Shown: piece by piece, positions 39,600 to 49,259 of the stretch
How positions within the stretch are numbered: the stretch's first letter is position 1
Layout of the letters: each line of letters starts with the position of its first letter
Assembly: GCA_035510155.1 (NCBI GenBank)
Contig: DATKHR010000379.1
Coordinates: 5,273 to 69,272 of the forward strand
DNA length: 64,000 bases
Reading direction: 5' to 3'
From: Vicinamibacterales bacterium
GTDB lineage: Bacteria; Acidobacteriota; Vicinamibacteria; Vicinamibacterales; CAVVIG01
Position numbers and translations under genes: made by a program
The notes under the pieces: generated by a model
The model's input: only the letters and a program-made list of their open reading frames with translations
Databases searched by the model: none
What the model was told of the DNA's origin: nothing

Positions 39600-40817
39600 A
39601 TGTCAGTTCTCATGGTCTTCCGGATCGCCTTCAAGGCGCTCGGCCGCAACAAGATGCGGACCGCGCTGACGATGTTGGGCATGATCATCGGCGTCGCGGC
39701 GGTGATCACGATGGTGGCGCTCGGTACGGGCGCGCAATCTTCGATCGAGTCGCAGATTCAGTCCGCCGGGACGAACATGATCATGGTGAGCGCCGGCAAC
39801 TTCTCACAAGGCGGCGTGCGGCAGGGCCAGGGCAACGCCAGCACGCTCACGCCAGACGACTCAACGGCGATCCAGCAGATCCAGGGCGTTCAGTACAAGG
39901 CCTCGGGCGTCAATACGCGCGGTCAGGTCGTCGCCGGCAACTCGAACTGGGGCACCCAGATTCAAGGCACGGACGTCGACCTGCCCCTCATTCGCTCGTG
40001 GCCGACGGTCCAGGGGTCGTTCTTCACGCCCACCGATGTGGCCACTGCCGCGAAAGTGGCCGTCCTCGGCTCGATCGTTCGCGATCAGCTGTGGAGCCCC
40101 GACTTCAATCCGGTGGGCCAGATCATTCGCATCAACAACCTGCCCTTCACCGTGTCGGGGGTGCTGTCGAGCAAGGGTCAATCGGGCATGGGCACCGATC
40201 AGGATGACGTGGTGTTCGTCCCGTACACCACGGTGATGAAGAAGATGCGCGGCATCACCTTCATTCAAAACGTGACGGTCTCGGCGGCATCAGCGGGCGA
40301 CACGAGTGCGACCGCCGACCGCATCGCCGCGCTCTTGCGCTTCCGCCACAAGATTCAGCCGGGCGACCCCGACGATTTCATGGTGCGGACGATGGAGGAG
40401 ATGGCGAGCGTGCGCGTCCAGGCCACGCAGACGATGACGGCGCTCCTGGCGAGCATCGCGGGCGTATCGCTGCTCGTGGGCGGCATCGGCATCATGAACA
40501 TCATGCTCGTGTCGGTCACAGAGCGGACGCGCGAGATCGGCCTGCGTCTGGCGATCGGCGCGCGCGGCCGCGACGTGCTGCTCCAGTTCCTGGTCGAGGC
40601 TGTGGTCCTGAGCCTGTTCGGCGGCACGATTGGCATCGGGCTCGGCTTCGCGCTCTCGAAGGGCGTGACGCTTTGGATGTCCTGGCCGACGGCGGTGTCG
40701 CCGCAGGCGGTGCTGGTTGCGTTCGGATTCGCGGCCATCACTGGCGTGTTCTTTGGCTTCTATCCGGCGCAGAAAGCCGCAGCGCTCGACCCGATCGACG
40801 CGCTCCGGTTCGAATAA
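39600..40817 (+). CDS. ABC transporter permease (MacB/FtsX-type)
   Basis: ORF as given, 405 aa. MacB periplasmic-domain layout and the C-terminal FtsX motif REIGLRLAIGARGRDVLLQFLVEA. Confidence 0.9.
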   Translation: MSVLMVFRIAFKALGRNKMRTALTMLGMIIGVAAVITMVALGTGAQSSIESQIQSAGTNMIMVSAGNFSQGGVRQGQGNASTLTPDDSTAIQQIQGVQYKASGVNTRGQVVAGNSNWGTQIQGTDVDLPLIRSWPTVQGSFFTPTDVATAAKVAVLGSIVRDQLWSPDFNPVGQIIRINNLPFTVSGVLSSKGQSGMGTDQDDVVFVPYTTVMKKMRGITFIQNVTVSAASAGDTSATADRIAALLRFRHKIQPGDPDDFMVRTMEEMASVRVQATQTMTALLASIAGVSLLVGGIGIMNIMLVSVTERTREIGLRLAIGARGRDVLLQFLVEAVVLSLFGGTIGIGLGFALSKGVTLWMSWPTAVSPQAVLVAFGFAAITGVFFGFYPAQKAAALDPIDALRFE

Positions 40818-40819
40818 GC

Positions 40820-41968
40820 ATGCGTATTCATTCCACAATTTCCTTGCTCGCCATCGTCGCAGCGCTGTCGGGCGCCTGCTCGGGGGAAGCCCTGCAGCAG
40901 ACGCCGGCACCGGGGAACGGGCGCGGCGGCGGCCAGGGCCCAGCGGTGCCCGTCACGATTGCGGCCGCGGCCCAGAAAACGGTTCCTGTCGACGTTCAGG
41001 CAATCGGCACCGCCATCGCCGCATCGACGGTCGCGGTCCACGCGCAGATTACGGGCGAGCTGCAGTCGGTCAACTTCAAAGAGGGCGACGACGTGAAGCA
41101 GGGGCAAGTGCTCTTCACACTGGACAAGCGGCCGTTCGAGGCGGCCCTGCTGCAGGCGCAGGCCAATCTCCAACGCGACCAGGCCCAGGCGCAGAACGCC
41201 AGGGCATCCTCCGTCAGGTACGACGACCTCCTGAAGCGCGGCATCGCCACGCAGGAGCAGGTCGACCAATTCAGGACGCAAGCTGCGGCGCTCGACGCCA
41301 CGGTTGTCGCCGATCAGGCCGCCGTTGACAGCGCGAAAGTGCAGCTTGATTACGCAACGATCGAGGCACCGATCACCGGCCGGACCGGCCTCCTGCAGGT
41401 CCATGCCGGAAATCTGGTCCGCGCCAACGATACGACGCCGATCGTCATCATCAATCGCATCCAGCCGGTCTACGTTTCGTTCGCGGTTCCTGAAGCGATG
41501 CTTCCCCAGTTCAAGCACTACCTCGCGGCGGGCACGATCCGCGTGGAAGCCAAAGCGCCGAACGAGGAGGGGGCGCCGTCCACCGGCCGCATCGATTTCA
41601 TCGACAATGCCGTTGACGCCACGACGGGGACGATCAAGGTGAAAGGCACGTTTCCGAACGAGGACCGGCGGCTCTGGCCGGGCCAGTTCGTGAATGTCAC
41701 GGTCACGCTGACGACCGAGCCGAACGTCACGGTTGTCCCGACGGCCGCCGTCCAAAGCGGCCAGCAGGGGGACTACGTATACGTCGTCAAAAGCGACCAG
41801 ACCGTTGAGCTGCGGACGGTGTCGGTGAGGCGAACGCGCGGGAACGAGTCGATCATCAAGGACGGGCTCAGGCCCGGCGAGACCGTCGTGACCGACGGGC
41901 ATTTACGGCTGGTTCCAGGAAGTCGCGTCAGCGTCAAGACCGCAGACGCGCAGAAGGCAGCGTCATGA
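40820..41968 (+). CDS. RND efflux periplasmic adaptor subunit (AcrA/MdtA-like)
   Basis: ORF 40673..41968(+) trimmed to ATG 40820 (MRIHSTISLLAIVAALSGAC, probable lipoprotein signal). Contains VHAQITGEL..FKEGDDVKQGQVLFTLD..IEAPITGRTG. Confidence 0.88.
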   Translation: MRIHSTISLLAIVAALSGACSGEALQQTPAPGNGRGGGQGPAVPVTIAAAAQKTVPVDVQAIGTAIAASTVAVHAQITGELQSVNFKEGDDVKQGQVLFTLDKRPFEAALLQAQANLQRDQAQAQNARASSVRYDDLLKRGIATQEQVDQFRTQAAALDATVVADQAAVDSAKVQLDYATIEAPITGRTGLLQVHAGNLVRANDTTPIVIINRIQPVYVSFAVPEAMLPQFKHYLAAGTIRVEAKAPNEEGAPSTGRIDFIDNAVDATTGTIKVKGTFPNEDRRLWPGQFVNVTVTLTTEPNVTVVPTAAVQSGQQGDYVYVVKSDQTVELRTVSVRRTRGNESIIKDGLRPGETVVTDGHLRLVPGSRVSVKTADAQKAAS

Positions 41969-44900
41969 ACCTGTCGGAGCTTTTCATCAAGCGGCCGGTC
42001 ACGACGACGCTGCTCGTGCTCGGGATCATGGTGTTCGGCGTCATGGCATATCGGCTGTTGCCCGTGAGCGATCTGCCGACGGTGGATTTCCCGACGATCC
42101 AGGTCAACGCAGGCCTGCCGGGCGCTAGCCCGGAGACCATGGCGTCCGCCGTAGCGCTTCCGCTCGAAAAGCAGTTCGCGACGATTGCCGGACTGAATTC
42201 CATCAACTCCACGAGCTCGCAGGGCAGCACGAACATCACGCTCATCTTCGATCTCAGCCGGAACATCGATGCGGCCGCCCAGGACGTGCAGTCCATGATT
42301 GCCAAGGCGGCGCGACTGCTGCCGCCGCAGTTGCCGACGCCCCCGTCGTATCAGAAGGTCAACCCCGGCGACCAGCCCGTGCTGTTTCTGGTGCTGCACT
42401 CGCCCACACTGCCGTTGTCGCTGATCGACGAGTACGCGGAGTCGACCCTCGCCCAGCGAATCTCCATGGTCAGCGGCGTCGCACAGGTCAACATTTACGG
42501 CGCCGCGAAATACGCGGTGCGGATCGATGTCGACCCGCGCAAACTCGCCGCGCACGGCATCGGCATCGATGAGGTCGCCGACGCCGTCAACAGCGCGAAC
42601 GTCAACCTGCCGACTGGGACGATTTACGGCGACGACAAGACCTTTGTCGTCCAGACCAACGGCCAGCTGCTGCGCGCCGCGGCCTATGGTCCGACGATCA
42701 TCGCGTACCGGAACGGCAACCCGGTCCGGCTGAACGAGGTTGCGCACGTCTTCGACGGCATCGAGAACGACAAGAGCGCCGCGTGGTACAACGGCGAGCG
42801 CACCATCTACCTCGCCATTCAGAAGCAGCCGGGCACGAACGTCGTCGCCGTCTGCGATGCCGTGAAGGCCTTGCTGCCGACGTTCCGCGAGCAGTTGCCG
42901 GCGTCGCTGGCGCTCGACGTCAGGACCGACCGATCGATTCCCATCCGCGAATCGGTCGCCGACGTGAAGTTTACGCTGATGCTGACGATCGGGCTCGTGA
43001 TCGCCGTCATCTTCCTGTTCCTCCGAAACGTGTCGGCGACGATCATCCCGAGCCTGGCCCTACCCGCGTCGATCCTCGGCACGTTCTCCGTGATGTATCT
43101 GCTCGACTACAGCCTCGACAACCTTTCCCTCATGGCGCTCACGTTGTCGGTCGGCTTCGTCGTAGACGACGCGATCGTCATGCTCGAGAACATTGTTCGG
43201 CACATGGAAATGGGCAAGCCGCCGATGCGGGCGGCGTTCGACGGCTCGAAGGAGATCTCGTTCACGATCATCTCGATGACGATCTCGCTCGTGGCCGTCT
43301 TCATTCCCGTGCTGTTCATGGGCGGGATTGTCGGCCGCCTGTTGCACGAATTTTCGGTCACGATTGGCGTCGCCATCCTGGTCTCGGGCGTCGTGTCCAT
43401 CAGCTTGACGCCGATGCTCTGCAGCCGCTTCCTCAAGCCCCCGCACAGCCAGCAGCACAACTGGCTCTACAACGCCACGGAGCGGATGTTCGACAGCTGG
43501 CTGCGGCTGTACGACTGGACGCTCGGGCTGAGCTTGCGCTACAGCGCCGTGACGATGGCGATCTCGATTGCCCTGATCGCAGGCACCGCCTACTTCTTCA
43601 TGATCGTGCCCAAGGGCTTCCTGCCCAGTGAAGATCAGGGCCGGTTCCAGACCACCACCGAGGGCGTCCAGGGCATCGGATTCGACGAGATGGTGCGCCA
43701 CCAGATGCAGGTTGCCGCGATCTTCGAGAAAGATCCTGACATCGTGAGCATCAGCAACAACGTGGGGCTGGGGCCTGGCGGCGGCGCGCTCAACTCCGGC
43801 CGCCTCAACGCGGACCTGAGGCCGCGGTCGGTTCGGAAGCGCTCGGTCGACCAGATCATGGCGGACCTCCGGCCGAAGCTGGCGGAGATTCCCGGGGTCC
43901 GCGTCTACATGGTCAATCAGCCGCCGATCAATCTCGGCGGTCAGCAGGGGGCACGGAGTCTCTATCAGTTCACATTGCAGGACACCGACACCGCGGAGCT
44001 GTACAAGTACGCGCCGCTCCTCGAAGCCAAGATCCGCGAGATCCCCGGCATCGAAGACGTGTCGAGCGATCTGCAGATCAAGAACCCGCAGGTCACGCTC
44101 TCAATGGACCGGGACAAGATCTCGGCGCTCGGGCTGACGGCCAATCAGGTCGAGACGGCGCTCTACAACGCGTACAGCACGCGCCAGGTCTCGCAAATCT
44201 ACGCGCCGAACAACCAGTACCAGGTGATCCTGCAGGTGGCGCCGGAGTTCCAGAAAGATCCGGCAGCGATGTCGTTGCTCTACGTGCGCTCGGCGAAAGG
44301 GTCGCTGATTCCGCTGAACACGGTCTCAACGACCACGACCGATGCGGGCCCGCTGACCGTCAGCCACACCGGTCAGCTGCCGTCTGTGACGATCTCATTC
44401 AACCTGAAGCCGGGCGCCGCGCTCGGCGACGCCGTCGACTCGATTCGTCAGGTCGCGGCGGCGACCGTTCCGGGGACTATCTCGACGATGTTCCAGGGCA
44501 CCGCGCAAGCGTTCGAGGATTCACTGCGCGGCCTTGGGCTGATTCTCCTGATGGCTGTCGTGGTCATCTACATTGTCCTCGGCATTCTGTACGAGAGCTT
44601 CACGCACCCGCTGACGATTCTGTCCGGCCTGCCCTCTGCGGGATTCGGCGCGCTGCTCACGCTTCTCGTGTTCAAGACCGAGCTCAGCCTGTATGCGTTC
44701 GTCGGCATCATCATGCTCGTTGGCTTGGTGAAGAAGAACGGCATCATGATGGTGGACTTCGCGGTCGAGGCCCAGCGCGAGCATGGCAAATCGCCGCGGG
44801 AGGCTATTCATGAGGCGTCCCTCGTGAGATTCCGTCCGATCATGATGACGACGATGGCGGCGCTCGTCGGCACGCTGCCCATCGCCTTGGGGGTGGGGGC

Positions 44901-45156
44901 CGGCGCCGAATCGCGGCGCCCGCTCGGTCTGGCCGTGGTCGGCGGTCTTCTCGTATCGCAATTGCTGACGCTCTACATCACGCCGGTCTACTACGTGTAT
45001 ATCGAGCGTGCGCGTATGTGGCTGGCGCGTGGGGGCAAAGACATGCACGGCGCGACCGTTCCTTTCGCAGATGCGTTGGGCAGCGCCGAGCCGCATCGTG
45101 GAGCTGACCCGGCGATTGCTCTGCAGACCGCCGGGAGTGGCCGCGGGCGGGGATAA
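41965..45156 (+). CDS. RND multidrug efflux permease (AcrB/MdtB-like)
   Basis: ORF as given, 1063 aa: MNLSELFIKRPVTTTLL.., 12-TM RND layout. ATGA overlap with the adaptor gene. Confidence 0.93.
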   Translation: MNLSELFIKRPVTTTLLVLGIMVFGVMAYRLLPVSDLPTVDFPTIQVNAGLPGASPETMASAVALPLEKQFATIAGLNSINSTSSQGSTNITLIFDLSRNIDAAAQDVQSMIAKAARLLPPQLPTPPSYQKVNPGDQPVLFLVLHSPTLPLSLIDEYAESTLAQRISMVSGVAQVNIYGAAKYAVRIDVDPRKLAAHGIGIDEVADAVNSANVNLPTGTIYGDDKTFVVQTNGQLLRAAAYGPTIIAYRNGNPVRLNEVAHVFDGIENDKSAAWYNGERTIYLAIQKQPGTNVVAVCDAVKALLPTFREQLPASLALDVRTDRSIPIRESVADVKFTLMLTIGLVIAVIFLFLRNVSATIIPSLALPASILGTFSVMYLLDYSLDNLSLMALTLSVGFVVDDAIVMLENIVRHMEMGKPPMRAAFDGSKEISFTIISMTISLVAVFIPVLFMGGIVGRLLHEFSVTIGVAILVSGVVSISLTPMLCSRFLKPPHSQQHNWLYNATERMFDSWLRLYDWTLGLSLRYSAVTMAISIALIAGTAYFFMIVPKGFLPSEDQGRFQTTTEGVQGIGFDEMVRHQMQVAAIFEKDPDIVSISNNVGLGPGGGALNSGRLNADLRPRSVRKRSVDQIMADLRPKLAEIPGVRVYMVNQPPINLGGQQGARSLYQFTLQDTDTAELYKYAPLLEAKIREIPGIEDVSSDLQIKNPQVTLSMDRDKISALGLTANQVETALYNAYSTRQVSQIYAPNNQYQVILQVAPEFQKDPAAMSLLYVRSAKGSLIPLNTVSTTTTDAGPLTVSHTGQLPSVTISFNLKPGAALGDAVDSIRQVAAATVPGTISTMFQGTAQAFEDSLRGLGLILLMAVVVIYIVLGILYESFTHPLTILSGLPSAGFGALLTLLVFKTELSLYAFVGIIMLVGLVKKNGIMMVDFAVEAQREHGKSPREAIHEASLVRFRPIMMTTMAALVGTLPIALGVGAGAESRRPLGLAVVGGLLVSQLLTLYITPVYYVYIERARMWLARGGKDMHGATVPFADALGSAEPHRGADPAIALQTAGSGRGRG

Positions 45157-45317
45157 CGCGGCCATCCTTCGGCTCGCCACCCCTTCCCCGCCTGTCCAGC
45201 ACCTTCTCCCCTCCCTGTCAACCTTCCGTAAGCCAAGCGCATCCAATCGGTTGTAACGGTGATACGTTGGCAGCTTCGGTGATGGCGCTGACCGGCCACG
45301 CCCCGATCCGACCCGCG

Positions 45318-45830
45318 ATGGATTCCGACGTGGCGTCGGCCGCGCGGGGGGATTCGTCGGCCTTCGAGCGCCTGTATCGGTCGCACGTGGCAAAGATTCA
45401 CAGCTTGACGCGGCGTATGCTGGGCACGCACGAGGCCGACGAGGTCACGCAGGATGTCTTCGTGCGTGCCTGGCAGAAACTCGGCCAGTTCCGCGGCGAG
45501 TCGGCCTTCGCAACCTGGCTCCACCGTCTCGCGATCAACGTGGTCATCGAGCGGCGGCGGTCATTTGCGATCCATCGCGGGCGGATCGCCGACGACCCCG
45601 GCGCGCTCGACCTCGTGACCGTGGCGCCAGCGCGGGCGGATCTGGCGGTCGACTTCGAGGCCGCGGTCGAGCAGCTGCCGTCCGGCGCGCGCGCGATTTT
45701 CGTGCTGCACGACGTCGAAGGCTACAAGCATCGCGAGATCGCCGAACGCCTTGACATCACCACGGGTACGTCGAAACGGCAATTGCACCGGGCGCGCATG
45801 CTGATGCGAAGACACTTGAGCGGGCAATGA
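45318..45830 (+). CDS. ECF (sigma-70 family) RNA polymerase sigma factor
   Basis: ORF 45267..45830(+). I favour ATG 45318 (MDSDVASAARGDSSAFERLY) by comparison with typical ECF N-termini; alternatives are 45267 and 45282. Region 4 HREIAERLDITTGTSKRQLHRAR. Confidence 0.8.
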   Translation: MDSDVASAARGDSSAFERLYRSHVAKIHSLTRRMLGTHEADEVTQDVFVRAWQKLGQFRGESAFATWLHRLAINVVIERRRSFAIHRGRIADDPGALDLVTVAPARADLAVDFEAAVEQLPSGARAIFVLHDVEGYKHREIAERLDITTGTSKRQLHRARMLMRRHLSGQ

Positions 45831-46534
45831 CGATGCATGAGGAATGGACGGACAGACTCTCGGACTATCTGGACGGGGAGCTCGCACCTGGCGAGCGTGC
45901 AGAAGTGGACGGCCACCTGAGAACCTGCTCAGAATGCACGGCGGTCTTGAACGATCTGAAGCGCATCCTCGGGCAGGCGCAGGCGCTCAGCGCGCGCCCT
46001 CCCCAGAGGGACCTCTGGCCGGGTATTGCCGGCCGCATCGAGAAGATCGCAGCGCCGCGGCGAATCTCCTTCACGCTGCCCCAATTCGCTGCAGCTGCTG
46101 TCGTGTTGATGGCGATTTCCGCAACGATCGCGGTCAAGGTGATCGCGCCGGCCACGATGAACGAGATAGCGGGAATGCGCCCGTCCATGGCTCCACCAGC
46201 CGCGTCACCGGGGAGTGGAGCTCCCGGGGCAGGTGATGACCGGGGGGCCTCGCGCGATCTCGCCGCTCTACCCGTGAGCCTTGCCGACGCGCAATACGAT
46301 GCCGCGGTGGCCGATCTCGAGAAGGCGCTGAAGAACGGGCGCGGAAAGCTCGACAAGGCCACTATCGAGATCGTCGAGCACAATCTCCAGATCATCGACC
46401 AGGCCATCGCGCAGGCACGCGACGCGCTCGCTGTCGACCCGGCCAACGCATACTTGAGCGGCCATCTGGTCGAGACGCGGCGGCGGAAGTTGGATCTGCT
46501 CCGGCGCGCCGCGGCGCTCGCAGAAACGGACTGA
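45827..46534 (+). CDS. anti-sigma factor (zf-HC2 type)
   Basis: ORF as given. ATGA overlap with the sigma gene. HLRTCSEC motif and one TM segment. Confidence 0.75.
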   Translation: MTMHEEWTDRLSDYLDGELAPGERAEVDGHLRTCSECTAVLNDLKRILGQAQALSARPPQRDLWPGIAGRIEKIAAPRRISFTLPQFAAAAVVLMAISATIAVKVIAPATMNEIAGMRPSMAPPAASPGSGAPGAGDDRGASRDLAALPVSLADAQYDAAVADLEKALKNGRGKLDKATIEIVEHNLQIIDQAIAQARDALAVDPANAYLSGHLVETRRRKLDLLRRAAALAETD

Positions 46535-46543
46535 GGACCAACG

Positions 46544-47848
46544 ATGATTCCTGCACTCCTGATCGCGACGATGGCGGTGACGGCGACGGACCAGACCGTT
46601 CAGGTCGCCAAAGGCACAAAGCTCGTCGTCAACAACTTCGCCGGCGACGTGAACGTCAAGACCTGGGACAAGGACAGCGTCCGAGTCGAAGTGAACCATT
46701 CCGATCGCGAGACCATTGACATCAAGCAAGTCGATCAGACGCTGAGCGTGCGATCGCGATCGACGCGCGGCGGGCCGCCGCGCTCGCTCGACTACACGAT
46801 CACGATGCCCGGATGGATGTCGATCGGCGTCAGCGGCACCTATGCGGACATCGTGATCGAAGGCGCGGGAGGCGACGTCAGCGTCGAAACGACGCACGGT
46901 GACATTACGGTCCGTGGCGGCTCCGGCTTCGTTTCGCTGAAGTCGGTGCAAGGCGCGATCGTCGTCGAGAAATCCAAGGGACGCGTCGAAGTGCGCGCCG
47001 TAAACGAGGGCATCCGCCTCGCTGACATCAGCGGCGACCTGTCGGCGGAGTCGACCAACGGCAGCATCATCCTCGATCGAATCGATTCGGCGAACGTGGA
47101 TCTCTATACCGTCAACGGGAACATCTCCTACGACGGCCCGATCAAGGATAGAGGGCTCTATCGTCTGACGACGCACAACGGGCTGATTGCGCTGCCGATC
47201 GCCGAACGCGCGAACATCACGCTGTCGGCCCGCACCTACAACGGCTCGATCCGCTCGACGTTCCCGTTGCCCGGCGACGACTCGGAGCGGCGCGGCAAGC
47301 GGGTCTCGCTCACGCTCGGCAATGGGAGCGCGCACGTCGAGCTCGAGTCTTTCAGCGGGGCCATTGCTCTGCGACGCCCGGGAGAAGCGCGCCCTGAGAC
47401 GGAGCGGCGGCGCCGGGATAGAGGCAACCGCGACCACGATCTCGACGTTGGCCCGCCGAACCCGCCAAGCCCGGCGAACCCGCCTGACCCGCCCGTTCCT
47501 CCGCGCACACCGGGACCGAAAGACAAGACTGACAAGAACAAGGACAAGCCCAAAGGCGATCGCTTCGATCCCGGCGATTGGGGCGTCGAGGATCTCCACG
47601 CCGTGATTGCCGAAGCGGTTGCCGCGGCACATGCAGCCATCCCGCAGGCAATGGCCGAAGCCCGGGCAGCCATTCCGGACGCCGCGAGCGAGGCCTTAGC
47701 GTCGCTGCCGGAAGCCCTCGACGAGGCGATAGCGGCGTTGCCACGGACCATCGACGACGCGATCGCCGGGGCGGGCCTCCGAGCGGCGCCGTGGCCGATG
47801 CCGCTGCCGAGCCCCCGACCGACGCCGCGACCGGACCCGCGCCGATGA
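46544..47848 (+). CDS. DUF4097-family beta-strand-repeat protein with P-rich and A-rich C-terminal tail
   Basis: ORF as given, 434 aa. Repeats of the type GDVSVETTHGDITVRGGSG / GDLSAESTNGSIIL. Confidence 0.7.
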   Translation: MIPALLIATMAVTATDQTVQVAKGTKLVVNNFAGDVNVKTWDKDSVRVEVNHSDRETIDIKQVDQTLSVRSRSTRGGPPRSLDYTITMPGWMSIGVSGTYADIVIEGAGGDVSVETTHGDITVRGGSGFVSLKSVQGAIVVEKSKGRVEVRAVNEGIRLADISGDLSAESTNGSIILDRIDSANVDLYTVNGNISYDGPIKDRGLYRLTTHNGLIALPIAERANITLSARTYNGSIRSTFPLPGDDSERRGKRVSLTLGNGSAHVELESFSGAIALRRPGEARPETERRRRDRGNRDHDLDVGPPNPPSPANPPDPPVPPRTPGPKDKTDKNKDKPKGDRFDPGDWGVEDLHAVIAEAVAAAHAAIPQAMAEARAAIPDAASEALASLPEALDEAIAALPRTIDDAIAGAGLRAAPWPMPLPSPRPTPRPDPRR

Positions 47849-47850
47849 CG

Positions 47851-48306
47851 CTAGGAGAGTTTGTCGAGGAGCTCGGCGACCGTCAGCCGCGTCACGGGCT
47901 CGTGGAAGTCGGGCGCAATTTCCGCCAGCGGCTCGAGCACGAAGCGGCGCTCCCGGAATCGCGGGTGTGGGATGACAAGACCCGCTTCATCCACGGTGAG
48001 ATCGCCAAACAGGATCAGGTCGAGGTCGAGCGTGCGGGGAGCGTTCTCATATGGGCGCTCGCGACCGCGCTCGCGCTCGATGGCCAGGAGGGCGTCGAGG
48101 AGCACCCGCGCAGACAGATCGGTCTCGCCCACGGCCGCGGCGTTCAGGAACAGCGGCTGCGGTCCGGTGACGCCAATCGGAGCGGTCTCGTAGTACCTCG
48201 ACACTTTCAGCTTCCGGATGAACGCGTGGAGGCGGGCAACGGCGTGATCGAGGTGTGACACCCGGTCGCCGAGATTGCTTCCCAATGCGATTGCCGCGGT
48301 CGTCAA
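47851..48306 (-). CDS. folK: 2-amino-4-hydroxy-6-hydroxymethyldihydropteridine diphosphokinase
   Basis: ORF 47851..48657(-) trimmed to in-frame TTG 48306 (M)TTAAIALGSNLGD. Contains YETAPIG, RTLDLDLILFGD and IPHPRFRERRFVLEPL. Confidence 0.85.
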   Translation of the reverse strand: MTTAAIALGSNLGDRVSHLDHAVARLHAFIRKLKVSRYYETAPIGVTGPQPLFLNAAAVGETDLSARVLLDALLAIERERGRERPYENAPRTLDLDLILFGDLTVDEAGLVIPHPRFRERRFVLEPLAEIAPDFHEPVTRLTVAELLDKLS

Positions 48307-48367
48307 TAGAGTGTCCCCGCTGACCTCAGGGCCGAACGGCCCCGCGTCCAGCCGAACGACGTCCGTG

Positions 48368-48868
48368 CTATTCGATCCAGCGGGTCGGCAGGACTTCCCC
48401 GTGCGACGGCCCGAGAACCTGACCGCGGCGGCCCAGGAGGTCGGTCCGTCCGGCCAGCGCCTGATCGAAGAAGCGCTTGTGCTCCAGCGCTTCGCCCAGA
48501 ATGACGCGCAGCATCTTCGCGTCCCGGGCGTTCGCGAGGGAGTCGACGCGCGGTCTCCAGCGATCCACGAACGCCTGCGCCTCCCTCGCGTCTTCTTCAA
48601 TAGCCGTGCGGGCAGCCGCCGCTCGGTCGATTGCCCGACCGGGTGCCCGGCGATCATCGCGGGTGGCGGATACCTCTGGCGGAGTCCCGCCGAGCTGGGT
48701 GATCGCAGCAGCCACCCAAGAGAGCTGCGTCTCCTCGCGACTGATGACGTATTGATAGGTGTTATTGATGTCGTACTGGCCGATCTGGCGGGCGCTCGCC
48801 TGATGCCGCTGAAACGCTTCGAGCCTCTCGCGATAGAAGTCCTGCAGCAACGGGAGCAGGTCGCTCAC
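48368..48868 (-). CDS. hypothetical helical protein, 166 aa, no family recognised
   Basis: ORF 48368..48952(-) trimmed to GTG 48868, a GTGA overlap with the DksA-like gene stop. Normal composition: VSDLLPLLQDFYRERLEAF.. Confidence 0.5.
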   Translation of the reverse strand: MSDLLPLLQDFYRERLEAFQRHQASARQIGQYDINNTYQYVISREETQLSWVAAAITQLGGTPPEVSATRDDRRAPGRAIDRAAAARTAIEEDAREAQAFVDRWRPRVDSLANARDAKMLRVILGEALEHKRFFDQALAGRTDLLGRRGQVLGPSHGEVLPTRWIE

Positions 48869-49212
48869 GAGCTCTGTTTTTCCTTGCAGGTGATGCAGAC
48901 CCTGGTCCAGGGAATGGCGTTGAGCCGGGCCGGCGCAATGGCTTCGCCGCAATCACGGCAGACACCGTAAGTGCCCTTCTCGAGCCGGAAGAGAGCCTCC
49001 TCGATCGCCTGCAGAATCTTGGCGTCAGTCTGCTTCAACTTCAGCTGGATGTGCACCTCGTTGTTGCCGCTCGCCTGATCAGCCATGTCGCCCTGGCGGG
49101 TGTTGTTCTCCATCGAGGCCTGCAGCGGCTTGATGCCGCCCGCACCGAGGATCTCGCCCCGTTTTTTCAGTAACGCGTCTTTATAGATCTGCATGTCTGT
49201 CCGTGGGTCCAT
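48865..49212 (-). CDS. TraR/DksA-family C4 zinc-finger protein
   Basis: ORF as given, 115 aa: GTYGVCRDCGEAIAPARLNAIPWTRVCITCKE. Confidence 0.85.
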   Translation of the reverse strand: MDPRTDMQIYKDALLKKRGEILGAGGIKPLQASMENNTRQGDMADQASGNNEVHIQLKLKQTDAKILQAIEEALFRLEKGTYGVCRDCGEAIAPARLNAIPWTRVCITCKEKQSS

Positions 49213-49259
49213 CGTGACTCTTTACACGTTAGACGAACATCCGATCATAGCACCGACGC

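Noticed and set aside
40807-40815. GGTTCGAAT, a tRNA T-loop-like motif
   Set aside because: It lies in the last codons of the ABC permease gene (..LRFE stop), with no flanking T-stem, acceptor stem or anticodon arm.
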